Assembly (NCBI GenBank): GCA_051546255.1
Contig: CP128817.1
Coordinates: forward strand, 558,001-622,000
Source: Meyerozyma guilliermondii
Taxonomy: Eukaryota
Direction: 5' to 3'
DNA: 64,000 nucleotides
Part shown: positions 10,019-19,468 of the stretch, piece by piece
Numbering within the stretch: position 1 is the first letter of the stretch
Layout: each line of letters begins with the position of its first letter
Notes under the pieces: generated by a model
Seen by the model: only the letters and a program-made list of their open reading frames with translations
What the model was told of the DNA's origin: nothing
Databases searched by the model: none
Made by a program: the position numbers and the translations under genes

Positions 10019-10891
10019 TTAATAGTTGAAAGGAGCAATCAAAAGCGGGATTGACATTCCAAATATCGTCCACAAGAAGTTTGTACTAGTTTCATTGGAG
10101 TTGTTGGTTTCTTGGCCAATTTGAGGCAAGTCGTTATTCAGACCATGAGCCTTTGCAGAAAACTGCGATACAACATAGAGAAACAGCCCTCCGCTAAAGA
10201 TCACAAGACCACTGACAATATAATCTTGCTTGCCCTTCACCGCCAGTAACAAGACATAGGTTAACAATGAAGTGAAAGGAGTCATCAACGAGAAATAAAA
10301 CAAGTGGGTTTTTGCAATGTTTACGGGAACATTTTCCTTCAACAAAAGGGTAGGGAGACTAAAAGCGGTGGGAACTTTATGGACAATGATCATGAAAAAG
10401 AAGATCAATTGAAGTGACTTTGAATCTTCGCTGAACGCAGAGCCCAATGCAATTCCATCAACGGCCGCATGAATAAGCAAACCCAAAGATAAAGTGGACT
10501 TGAAGATAGAAAGCAACAGCTTAGCCACGGTTGAAGTGTCTGAATCATCGAATTGGTCATTGTTCAATGGAGGACGGTTGCAAAGCTTGAAAATTGTCTC
10601 CAAATTATCAACAAGAAACATGAAGAAAAAACCCGAAAAAAGAAGCAAACCAATCATAAACAGCAACGACTGGTCGTAGTAGTTGACGTGAGCAGCATCA
10701 TAAAGAATCTCAACTCCTTCAGGGATCGCTATCACCAAACAGGTACTGATAAGAATTCCCACACTAAATCTGGAAATTTTATTCAAATAGGAATGGTCGG
10801 GATTCATGCGAAAGGGAAGCGATCCCACGCCGTAAGAAGCGGCTCCCATGAACGCAGTTAATACTGCAAGTTCTATTCCTCGTGCAATCAT
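10019..10891 (-). CDS. ATX2: ZIP-family Golgi metal (Mn) homeostasis protein
   Basis: IAIPEGVE, GLLIHAAVDGIALG, IIVHKVPTAF, multiple TM helices; divergent from DIA2 as in S. cerevisiae. Confidence 0.88.
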   Translation of the reverse strand: MIARGIELAVLTAFMGAASYGVGSLPFRMNPDHSYLNKISRFSVGILISTCLVIAIPEGVEILYDAAHVNYYDQSLLFMIGLLLFSGFFFMFLVDNLETIFKLCNRPPLNNDQFDDSDTSTVAKLLLSIFKSTLSLGLLIHAAVDGIALGSAFSEDSKSLQLIFFFMIIVHKVPTAFSLPTLLLKENVPVNIAKTHLFYFSLMTPFTSLLTYVLLLAVKGKQDYIVSGLVIFSGGLFLYVVSQFSAKAHGLNNDLPQIGQETNNSNETSTNFLWTIFGMSIPLLIAPFNY

Positions 10892-11323
10892 ATTTGGTCT
10901 GTTGTGATGAATGTATTTTGGAAGAGTAAATACATTACATAATCGAGTGTGGGGTCAGGAACCGAAAGTGTGAACGAAGTGGTTAGCGAAGTGAGATACC
11001 AAATGAATGGTAGGAAGTAGCGGAGCTGTGGATTTTTTGGTTCTTATTTTGTTGGATGAAAGTCTTGGGTTGTTTGAGTTAGTTTTCTCAGTGGTGAATT
11101 TTGCAGCTATTCCAATTCTAGTAAAATCTTTAGGATTTGTCATAAAATCTTTATAGTGGAGCTTCCCATTGTTAAGTGTGTGATTTCTAATTTCCCATAT
11201 AAATCAACAAAAGGTTACCTTGCCGATTCTGTAATTTGCAGCATTTTAAAACGTTAAGAAAACTCAGTCGCGCGCGATAAACTCAAATCACTCTTTCGCG
11301 TACAAGGTTATGATCTACAAATT

Positions 11324-13459
11324 ATGTATGATGAAGAAAGTGTTAACGATAGCATTAGGCTAGCAACTCTTTACTTCAAGAACGAGGAGTACAGTAAATC
11401 CATAAAGTTGTACAACAAGGTTATCCATGAAATAAAAAACCTAACAAAAAATGATGTTAGATCTATACGAAAGAATATTTACAAATTATCTGAGGTCCCC
11501 CCGGTAGGACCATTGGTACATCCGAAGCTAGGGGCTGTTCTTGATCAATGTGCCGCTGCATATGAAAAAATGAACAATTTGCAGCGTGCTTTACATCAAG
11601 GTGAACAACTGATGGAATATGAGCCTCTCAGTTGCAAGGGTTATTTGCGAGTGTCCAAGATATTGATAATGATGAATAAGGACTTGGATGCTTATAAGGT
11701 GACCCAAAGAGGGCTCTACTATTTGGATCGTGCTCAGAAACTTTATCGTGTTGACATACCTGAAAAACACTATTCAAGTCTCCAGGCTCGTTGCAAACAT
11801 CTCAAACAGCAGTTGAAGACTAAGCAACAGAATACGGTGATGACTCTGCGGTCCAATAGCCCGGAATCAGAATCTTCAAATTCCTCGAGATCGATACTTC
11901 CAGCGAAACGTTCTTCAAGTGATATAATAATCAGACAAATTCGCCCTACGAAGAGCACCAAAAAGACACTTGACCCACTTGACCTTCTCACAGATGATAT
12001 CCTCGAACTTGTATTTCTTCAACTTCCTTTGAAATCCATCTTTGCATGCCATCAAGTGTCCAAAAAATGGTACGAATTCCTCACAAAGATACCTAGGCTA
12101 TACAACAAGAGGGTCTGTATGCGAGAGAAAATAACAAGCCAAGAGTTTTCGAGCGGCATTAAATTTTTGAGCCGTGTAATGAACCGTTCAAGCACACGTC
12201 AAATAGAGCTGTTCCGCCTAAGGTCGGTGCTCAACCTGGTCAACTTCAGCAAAATTATGGACCAGCTTTTCATATCTATGGCACGAACTTCGATCGCGAT
12301 AACCATCCGAGAATTGGATATTATGAACCAAAACCTTTCCTTCCACATGTTGATGAACCAAGTGTGCAAGTTTGCTTCTAGCGACACTAGCCTACTTGCG
12401 GTTAAAGCACTTCGCATTGGGTTCAATTCTTACGTTCCTGATGCCAATCTCTTGCTTTCTGCGTTCCCGGGTCTTGAAAGTTTGGAGATGGTCATACTAG
12501 AAAATACCTTGGGAAAGGATTGTTCAGAGATTTTTGCCGATCACTTTAGCCTGCGAGAGATGAGTGCACGCAATGGACTTCACCATCTCTCTCTCATCAA
12601 CCACCCGAAATTGCGTCTGCAAGTTACAAACCTTCCCATCCATATTAACGACCTTCCATCCTTAGAGTCTCTTAAGGTTGCCTCCTTCAATTTTACGAAC
12701 GATATTGAGCTCCGTCAGTTCCTTCAAAACAGCGAGAACTTGCGTGTTCTATACCTTGAAAACAACACTGCCTTATCCATTACTTCACTCTTGAGATATA
12801 TTCAATTTGACGGTGCCCAGTTCAAATTGCGTTCCTTGGCCGTGAGAGAGGCAACTGCACAAATACGATCGTGGGATGTCAACCCTGCTGATTTGCCACA
12901 GCTCCACGATCTCGTGAACCTAGACCTTTATTCCACATCGCTAAGCACAAGGTCGTTCATTAGGCTACTTCAAGTTGCAAACCACAATGGAAATTTGCAA
13001 AGCTTAGCAATAAGAAATTCCACAAACATCCAGTTTATGAATGATACCTTGGTACGAAACAACTCGCCTCGATTGACGCTAGGAAATATTATGGAAATGT
13101 GTCCTGATATTGAACACCTATACTTGAATGAAGTTGGCGTCGATAATACTACACTTCGCAACTTTGCCCGAGAGCTAGCCACGAAAAGATCAAAATTTCA
13201 TCTAAAATCGATAGATTTGAGCTTTTGCGAGCGGTTGGATGGTACAGGGATACTTTCCCTACTAGAATCGGTGCGTTCGTCGAACAACAGCGGTACTGAA
13301 TTAGGCTGCAAATTACAAGCTATGACGCTCCATGGTCTTCCCATATACACGGAAACACTCCAGCTCCTACGCAACCATCCAGCAGTTGATCTCATAACTC
13401 ACGACCCTACAAGGCTCAAGTGGAGAGAGTACGGCAGAAACACTTTGGTGTTTGAGTGA
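11324..13459 (+). CDS. DIA2: TPR + F-box + LRR protein
   Basis: N-terminal TPRs (LDQCAAAYEK, KGYLRVSKIL), F-box (DPLDLLTDDILELVFLQLP...QVSKKW), C-terminal LRRs; adjacent to ATX2 and BUD21. Confidence 0.85.
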   Translation: MYDEESVNDSIRLATLYFKNEEYSKSIKLYNKVIHEIKNLTKNDVRSIRKNIYKLSEVPPVGPLVHPKLGAVLDQCAAAYEKMNNLQRALHQGEQLMEYEPLSCKGYLRVSKILIMMNKDLDAYKVTQRGLYYLDRAQKLYRVDIPEKHYSSLQARCKHLKQQLKTKQQNTVMTLRSNSPESESSNSSRSILPAKRSSSDIIIRQIRPTKSTKKTLDPLDLLTDDILELVFLQLPLKSIFACHQVSKKWYEFLTKIPRLYNKRVCMREKITSQEFSSGIKFLSRVMNRSSTRQIELFRLRSVLNLVNFSKIMDQLFISMARTSIAITIRELDIMNQNLSFHMLMNQVCKFASSDTSLLAVKALRIGFNSYVPDANLLLSAFPGLESLEMVILENTLGKDCSEIFADHFSLREMSARNGLHHLSLINHPKLRLQVTNLPIHINDLPSLESLKVASFNFTNDIELRQFLQNSENLRVLYLENNTALSITSLLRYIQFDGAQFKLRSLAVREATAQIRSWDVNPADLPQLHDLVNLDLYSTSLSTRSFIRLLQVANHNGNLQSLAIRNSTNIQFMNDTLVRNNSPRLTLGNIMEMCPDIEHLYLNEVGVDNTTLRNFARELATKRSKFHLKSIDLSFCERLDGTGILSLLESVRSSNNSGTELGCKLQAMTLHGLPIYTETLQLLRNHPAVDLITHDPTRLKWREYGRNTLVFE

Positions 13460-13512
13460 GGATCACTTGACTCAACTCGGTATATGTGGTGTTTGGGTGC
13501 ACCATCCATCTC

Positions 13513-13520
13513 GCGATGAG
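13513..13520 (+). promoter_or_regulatory. PAC element upstream of BUD21
   Basis: Exact GCGATGAG 30 nt before the ATG of a ribosome-biogenesis gene. Confidence 0.7.
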
Positions 13521-13550
13521 CGAAAAGTCGAGCACGAGCTAGGCAGAGAA

Positions 13551-14207
13551 ATGGTGGTCACGAGGAGTAGATTAGACACCCAACTGGCAGCCAAGCCCAA
13601 GAAGATCAAGTTCAATGACGACGATACTATTAATGAATCCGAATACAACACCGCTGAAGAAAATGAGACTGTTAACGACGAACCCAATGGCTCAGAAAGT
13701 TCAGCATCTGAATCTGATTCCGATGAAGCTCCTGAAGAAGAGTCGACATCTACAGCAAAGAGCGCATTAATAGACGAGCAAAGGCGGCAAAAGGCTCTAC
13801 GGCGCCAGGTTATGAAAGAACAGAAGCATTTGCGCCGTTTGCAGGATCAACATAACAAACAGCAGCAAGAGCTTAAGAGAAGCCGAAGTCAAACAGAAAA
13901 GCAAATTGAGCTCCCCGAGTTTCTTCCTGATGATATTATGACGGACATACAGACTCTGGGTGTTAATGATGAGTACACAGAGAAGAAGAACACATACAAA
14001 AAGTTCGATGATGAAAAAGATATACGAGCGCTGAAAATTGAAAAGCTCAAAGCATTGAAAAAATCCAGAAGTGCAGCCATTCAAAAAGGGCCCGTTCGAG
14101 TCCAGGTGCATACGACGATCAACAAGAAACAAGTTCCCATGGCAGAGCGAAAAATCGTGGGTTCGAGGGATAAGTGGCTTCATCGCAAGTCGTTGAACAG
14201 GAAATAA
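13551..14207 (+). CDS. BUD21: U3 snoRNP/SSU processome component Bud21 (Utp16)
   Basis: KKIKF, SDSDEAPEEEST, LPEFLPDDI, KGPVRVQV, RDKWLHRK. First ATG at 13551; the track's TTG start overlaps the DIA2 stop. Confidence 0.85.
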   Translation: MVVTRSRLDTQLAAKPKKIKFNDDDTINESEYNTAEENETVNDEPNGSESSASESDSDEAPEEESTSTAKSALIDEQRRQKALRRQVMKEQKHLRRLQDQHNKQQQELKRSRSQTEKQIELPEFLPDDIMTDIQTLGVNDEYTEKKNTYKKFDDEKDIRALKIEKLKALKKSRSAAIQKGPVRVQVHTTINKKQVPMAERKIVGSRDKWLHRKSLNRK

Positions 14208-14274
14208 TTATATTGCATTAGAGAATAGATACTCTGTAAACACGCTGTATTCATAAGCAGGCCCAATTTTGAAG

Positions 14275-14472
14275 TTACTCAACTCCAAGTCGTTCATTTC
14301 GTGATTTTTTCAATTTTGTTGGTCCATTGGAGGACGCTTGATGATCTCGAACATTGCTTGATTCGGATTCTGCTTCAGTTTTGGAATTGGTTTGGGTAGA
14401 CGACAAACTATCGTCATATTCCAAGACGTCCTCGGGGGTGAGTTTTATGGTTGTAATGGGCCTACGGAGCAT
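14275..14472 (-). CDS. CDC26: APC/C subunit Cdc26 (Hcn1/Apc12), 65 aa
   Basis: ATG at 14472 gives MLRRPITTIKLTPEDVLEYDD, matching the Cdc26 N-terminal motif MLRRxPTxIxLxxEDV. The track's longer TTG version runs into the tRNA. Confidence 0.85.
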   Translation of the reverse strand: MLRRPITTIKLTPEDVLEYDDSLSSTQTNSKTEAESESSNVRDHQASSNGPTKLKKSRNERLGVE

Positions 14473-14563
14473 CAAAGTGGATAGAATAACTCTGGTCAGA
14501 TTTGTCTCATTTTTAAGTTTGCGCGAACATACACGATCGGCCGCCACTTTTGCCAGAAAATAC

Positions 14564-14637
14564 GACTTCGTGGCCAAGCTGGTTAAGGCGTGCGACTGTT
14601 AATCGCAAGATCGAGAGTTCAATCCTCTCCGAGGTCG
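14564..14637 (+). tRNA. tRNA-Asn (GTT), intronless
   Basis: Acceptor GACTTCG/CGAGGTC plus discriminator G; D-arm GCCAAGCTGGTTAAGGC; anticodon arm TGCGA-CTGTTAA-TCGCA; T-arm GAGAG-TTCAATC-CTCTC. Confidence 0.97.
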
Positions 14638-14644
14638 AGCATTC

Positions 14645-14653
14645 TTTTTTTTT
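14645..14653 (+). terminator. Pol III oligo-T terminator of tRNA-Asn
   Basis: Run of 9 T starting 7 nt after the tRNA end. Confidence 0.85.
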
Positions 14654-14707
14654 CATATTCGTAAGTCATTATTCTATATGGACATATGTATACATGGAGG
14701 GGGCTAG

Positions 14708-15328
14708 TTATTTGTGTTTGAGATCTTTGACTCGTATTTTCAAGCAGTAGGGACACATCATATGGTTGCATCGATGACAATTGAACCGACTGGGGACGGA
14801 AATATACACTTGTTGCGAGTCGAGTTGAATCAGGTAATTGGAGCTGGTTACATCGTTGGTCAGGCTTTGTCGCGATACTTGGGGTGGATGTGACGACTGC
14901 GATCCATCAGTTTCTTCGCCTTCTTCGGATGTAGAATCTCCGTCGAGAAATCCGCGAATGTGCGAAGCGGCATATGAGTATGCACCGGTGACCGGATTAT
15001 CATACACAAACTGGCTGTAGTAGCGCAAAGCCTGAAGTGGGTTGGATTCGTCGTGATGCTCACGATTTTCATTGGTGGACTGCGAGTCTGGTTTGGTGGA
15101 TAGATCTTCCAGATTATTATGACGTTCTTCACCAGTGTAAGTTATCGATCCATAACTTTGGCCACATTGACAACAATACCACTGGCAGATCTTTTGATCA
15201 TCGATTTTGCGGTTGCCCACATCTTCCAGCAGTGAACTTCGAGGCGAAGTGAGCGAGGTTTGTGATGAGTTTTGTGATGAATGCCCTGTGTTGGAAAGAC
15301 GGGGAAGGTGCAGAAGCAGACCCATCAT
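14708..15328 (-). CDS. Uncharacterised protein with a split Cys/His Zn-ribbon motif
   Basis: WYCCQC near the N-terminus and CHRCNHMMCPYC at the C-terminus, separated by a low-complexity acidic/Ser linker. Confidence 0.75.
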   Translation of the reverse strand: MMGLLLHLPRLSNTGHSSQNSSQTSLTSPRSSLLEDVGNRKIDDQKICQWYCCQCGQSYGSITYTGEERHNNLEDLSTKPDSQSTNENREHHDESNPLQALRYYSQFVYDNPVTGAYSYAASHIRGFLDGDSTSEEGEETDGSQSSHPPQVSRQSLTNDVTSSNYLIQLDSQQVYISVPSRFNCHRCNHMMCPYCLKIRVKDLKHK

Positions 15329-15911
15329 GGTGTGGTATTATGGAAAAATGAAGAGTGCTGAAAAAAAATCTTTTATACTCTTGAGTGGGGAAGGTATAAG
15401 ATTTATGAAAGTATTATTTTGTTATGGTGAATCTGCCGTATCCAACATCAAGATCGTAGATGGAGGAAAGTGCAAGAATAAAGAAAATTAAATGGATAAG
15501 GCGATAATTTAAGAAGAGCGCGATGTATAGGTTAGTCGCCTTAAAGCAACCGAGCCATCGCAAATGCGTGGAGGGCACGCCCAAGTGGAACAGTGCAATT
15601 AAGGTTATATTTGATGGCTAATACGGCCGGGCGTCATCTGCATGCAAAGAATTTCGACGCATCTAGACTTTGCCCGCCGCTTCTCGTGCATGCAGGGCAC
15701 ACCTGTATTTTCAGGACAAATCTGCAGTTGGATCGCACTCAGGCGATGCATGTCGTTTATTTTGTATCGTATTGGGCGGAAGAATTGCGGGCGCAAATCA
15801 AGTAAGCGTAGCACAAGAGCGCAAGCGCAACAGTGCCGGCAGCTCATAACTTGCAGCGCTCTTGTGCCCTGGCGCTCGCTCTTGCGCACTCTACACCTTC
15901 CAAACGTATTC

Positions 15912-16928
15912 TTAAACTACTAATCTGCGGTATCCGCCACAAGCTCTACATTCCTCTTGGTGGCTGGCCATTTGTCTCTGTGCCTCGAGAGGATCAGCGG
16001 TTTCTTCTGGCTCTTTCCAAGACAAGTACTCGTTAGAATAGTTGGGAACGTAGTCTGAAGGCAAGATCTCCAATCTCTTTCCATAGGCAGTTACCTTTCT
16101 CCAATCTCTGTGGACATTGTACAAGCTTTCAGAAAAGTAAGCGTAGCATCTCTGGAATTTTTTGTGGTTAACTTCGTTGGCCAATTGTGGCTTGAAGTCA
16201 CAGAATTGGGCCCAAGATTCTTGAGGATTAGCCAACATATCATCAGTGGCTCTCTTCACTGCCTTCAAGAACTTCTTGACTTTGTCAGGATTGGCTTGCA
16301 AAAACTCGTCGTTGCAAATGTACAAAATGGTGCAAAAGCAGCAACATCCCAATTCGGCAAGTTGATCAATTCGCAACATTTGTGCATCTTCAATTGGACG
16401 ACCCTGTTTCTTCAAGTAGTCTTCCAATTCAACTTGCTGGATGCACTCAATTCCAATACCAGCATCGATCTTTCCCTCAATGATATACTTGGCAACGTTC
16501 ATTCCACATCTAACAGCAGTGTAGTCATCGGGAGTCATACCATAATGCTTGGTTAATTCATCCACCTGAATTTTTCCAAATTCTCCCACATAACCAATTC
16601 TCTTTCCTTTCAATGAATGAAAGTCTCCAGTGATCCCAGAGGCTTTCAAGTACAAGATACCCGTGAATGGTTCGTCCAACAACGATGCCACAGAAGTTAC
16701 GGGAAATCCTCTGGCTTTTGCAGCCAAAGTATGAACCATGGCTTTCAATCCCATATCAACCTTTCCACTCCCAATCAACTCAGTCACATCCGAAGGGTTT
16801 GAGGGCTCAAGAATGGACAATCTGATGCCCTCTTGTTGGTAATAACCCTTGATTTGAGCCAAATAAATTGGCAAATGGTAGGGAGCGGCCTCCCAGTTTA
16901 ACAAAAAAGAGATGATATCAGTAGACAT
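15912..16928 (-). CDS. THI13: HMP-P synthase (Thi5/Thi13/Nmt1), thiamine biosynthesis
   Basis: [20 protein letters not shown] (PLP Lys and substrate His), LGCCCFC motif; strong codon bias. Confidence 0.97.
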   Translation of the reverse strand: MSTDIISFLLNWEAAPYHLPIYLAQIKGYYQQEGIRLSILEPSNPSDVTELIGSGKVDMGLKAMVHTLAAKARGFPVTSVASLLDEPFTGILYLKASGITGDFHSLKGKRIGYVGEFGKIQVDELTKHYGMTPDDYTAVRCGMNVAKYIIEGKIDAGIGIECIQQVELEDYLKKQGRPIEDAQMLRIDQLAELGCCCFCTILYICNDEFLQANPDKVKKFLKAVKRATDDMLANPQESWAQFCDFKPQLANEVNHKKFQRCYAYFSESLYNVHRDWRKVTAYGKRLEILPSDYVPNYSNEYLSWKEPEETADPLEAQRQMASHQEECRACGGYRRLVV

Positions 16929-16979
16929 TCTTCAATAAGGATTCTTCAATAAGGACTCTTAAATAAGGTTCTTGATAAG
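16928..16979. repeat. About 14-bp tandem repeat in the THI5/13 5' leader
   Basis: TTCTTCAATAAGGA x2 exact, then CTCTTAAATAAGG and TTCTTGATAAG. Confidence 0.85.
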
Positions 16980-17015
16980 TAGAAGATTCTTAGATAGAAA
17001 ACAGGGATTCAGGGA

Positions 17016-17023
17016 TATTTATA
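17016..17023 (-). promoter_or_regulatory. TATA box of THI5/13
   Basis: TATAAATA on the minus strand about 90 nt upstream of the ATG. Confidence 0.65.
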
Positions 17024-18046
17024 CCCAACAATTGCTCTCCGTTTGCGTCTGGTACCCATTAGCGCATAACGAATATTGCCTTATAGGAACACCTTCGGCC
17101 AAACATTCGGCCAGCATTCACGGAGAATGCGCTAAGAAGTCTTAATCGCGAGTAGTTTCTGAGATCGGAATCGTAATTCGTTGTTTATTGGATCCAGTGG
17201 TCTGTGATGGTAACAATTTGCACCCATTATGCGACTCTGTCAATAGTCAAAAATGTTGAAAAACACTCAAGTAGACTATTGAGGTGTATACAGACTATAG
17301 GTGAATCAAATATTTTTGAATGATTCTCAGCTCAACATTCTTGAGATTGTTTCTTGAAATCATGTATGAATGATGTTCATTAATCAATTGTCACCAAGTT
17401 GACGTTCTGCACACAACATCGGCGCAATGAACTACCCCTGCAGAAATAACCACCGGGCGTATGCAGTTCAAAGCTCGAGCGCATCCATGCAAACAAGCGC
17501 CTACAAAACTGCTGCATGAGGCTTTAAGATCTACACTTTCCTGCAAGGGTGCGAGCGCAAGGATCCTTGCTGCTGAATACGTTTAAGAGTCTTGGCACGT
17601 ACTGCACACAAATACACCACTACCTGGCTCAGCATGGTGTCAGCGTGATGCCAACATGTCCTCGGAATGCAAGACGACGCAAGACGAGGCACGTATGCCG
17701 GTCAACTGCCGGCCAACAACCTGCCAACTACGCACTCCGCCGCTGCATGGCCCGATCTCCGCTGTGGTCGCGCGCCATACACTTCTATCTCCACCTTACA
17801 CCGGCACCAATTGCCTGCTCGTATTTCAGGCCGCATTCCTGATTATACAGGTGCCAGTTCGGTTCTCCACGTAATATCATGCGAGAGTGGTTGCATCGGC
17901 GTCCGCTTATGTAATCGCGCATGGAGTTTAAATCTAACAATAGAAGCCGAAATTCGTTTTCAAAGTGTGCGTTTCCTAATGCGGCAAAGGTCTGGCCGGA
18001 AACTCAGCTAGAACCGTCGGTAGCGTACATATTTTATTAAGCGAGT

Positions 18047-18643
18047 CTAGATAGGCTGGCCGTTGCGATCGGTTACTTTGGCAAAGTATTTGCATTCTAT
18101 TACTCCTTGGTCGTTTCCGGGTGACAAGATCACGCCGTTGGAGCTCTGAAAAAACTTGATGCCGTCACGTAAGCACTGCACTCCATCAATGTAAATTAGA
18201 GTATCACTTGTAGAGCGAAACCCCGACACCAGGTTGTGGTCGCTAGTGCAGTGAATGTGATTCCGGCCCATTTTACTCAAGCCGCCGCTTTTTCGTATTT
18301 GTTCAAGCGCCCTCTTTCTGGTTCCATGAATAATCTGCTTAGGTAAACTGGCTTCATCTAGCGGCCGCAAATTGCCCTCGGTGACGGTATGTATCAGGTG
18401 GCCCTGCGTTGCGCATATGTACAATTCGCCATTGCGGTCTTCCAATGCAAATCTCTTCTTTTCGTTTGTTTCCACCACCCGCAATATATCTTGCAATGTT
18501 GTTTTTTTACTTTTGAGATTTTGGTGTGCGAGTAAATCTGCTACTTTTATAAACCCTCTGTCGTCGATTTCCAAATTGCTCTTTTGTGCTCCGTGACGAA
18601 GAAAGTACGAGAGTGCTTTGGAGATGGTTACGTCTCTGCTCAT
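18047..18643 (-). CDS. TPT1: tRNA 2'-phosphotransferase
   Basis: ISKALSYFLRHGA, NEKKRF, ATQGH(CTG=S)I, IHGT, GLSKMGRNHIH, SSNGVIL. Confidence 0.95.
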   Translation of the reverse strand: MSRDVTISKALSYFLRHGAQKSNLEIDDRGFIKVADLLAHQNLKSKKTTLQDILRVVETNEKKRFALEDRNGELYICATQGHLIHTVTEGNLRPLDEASLPKQIIHGTRKRALEQIRKSGGLSKMGRNHIHCTSDHNLVSGFRSTSDTLIYIDGVQCLRDGIKFFQSSNGVILSPGNDQGVIECKYFAKVTDRNGQPI

Positions 18644-18769
18644 GCCAAAAAATCAAAGTACAAAGTTTGTTGAAGTTACAAGTAGATAAAGCGCGATGAT
18701 GGTCGTACACGATCAAAAGATGACTCGATGGCTCGAATGGCTTGAATGACTCATACTAAACCAAGACGA

Positions 18770-18836
18770 GACCAGACCAGACTCAGACCAGAAACCCGGA
18801 TTTAAGACTCGGACTCAGACTCAGACTCAGACTCAG
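18770..18836. repeat. GACTCA/GACCA microsatellite
   Basis: (GACTCA)x4 at 18812-18835, preceded by degenerate GACCA/GACTC units. Confidence 0.85.
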
Positions 18837-18953
18837 AGACATTTTGACTCTCTGAGCTAATCACAAATCTCTAACTATTTCATTCTACTTCTCTTCCGGG
18901 ACTCTACTTCATACTCTTAAAAAATTCTAGTTGACTGATTCTTCAACTCTTCC

Positions 18954-18961
18954 TATTTACA
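18954..18961 (-). promoter_or_regulatory. Puf3-type element in MZM1 3' UTR
   Basis: TGTAAATA 13 nt after the stop. Confidence 0.65.
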
Positions 18962-18974
18962 GTTAGCTACGCTT

Positions 18975-19310
18975 CTACCGGCACTTGGCTTTGGCGCCCG
19001 CCAACGACCCCATATTTGCCTTGTGGTTTTGCTTGATCGTCTCGTTGTCGCCCAATTCTGTTTGATCGTGGAACTTGAGAAAGTACTTTCCGTCTCCCTG
19101 CTTTTCTCCCTGGACGATATTCAGCACGAGAAACTTGCTTATTTCGTTCATCTTGACAATTTCTTCTTCGGCGTTGTCGCTGTTTCTGCTGGCTTCAAAT
19201 CCGTCTCTAATTTGTTTTCGTGCCGCCAACAAGACGTCGTTGTCTTGCTGGAACGATATCCTGGTGGCCCTTAAAGCTGCCCTGTAAGCCAGAAGAGCTC
19301 TTGATGACAT
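18975..19310 (-). CDS. MZM1: LYR-family complex III assembly factor Mzm1 (LYRM7)
   Basis: [37 protein letters not shown]. Confidence 0.93.
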   Translation of the reverse strand: MSSRALLAYRAALRATRISFQQDNDVLLAARKQIRDGFEASRNSDNAEEEIVKMNEISKFLVLNIVQGEKQGDGKYFLKFHDQTELGDNETIKQNHKANMGSLAGAKAKCR

Positions 19311-19468
19311 GAAGCTATGGATGAAAATTGGAAATTTCGCACGATTTGAATGATTGCAAAAAAATGAAAATACGAAATTAAATCAAATCAGAGAATGAAA
19401 TAAAATTGAAAAGTGCAGAATGAAAGTACAGAATGAGATTACAGAATACAGATTCGGATGCATTATCG

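Noticed and set aside
13452..13550. TTG/GTG or upstream N-terminal extensions in the ORF track for BUD21, CDC26, RPL25, RGD-like, MIC12, MRPL4, LSM3 and TGL4
   Set aside because: Products of a bacterial-style start rule; they overlap promoters, a tRNA, an intron or opposite-strand genes and lack targeting-like composition.
16929..17500. TPP riboswitch or 5' intron upstream of THI5/13
   Set aside because: No CTGAGA ... TGAT ... AATxCCAGCG arrangement or splice signals on the sense strand; the CTGAGAT near 17159 is on the wrong strand and lacks the other elements.
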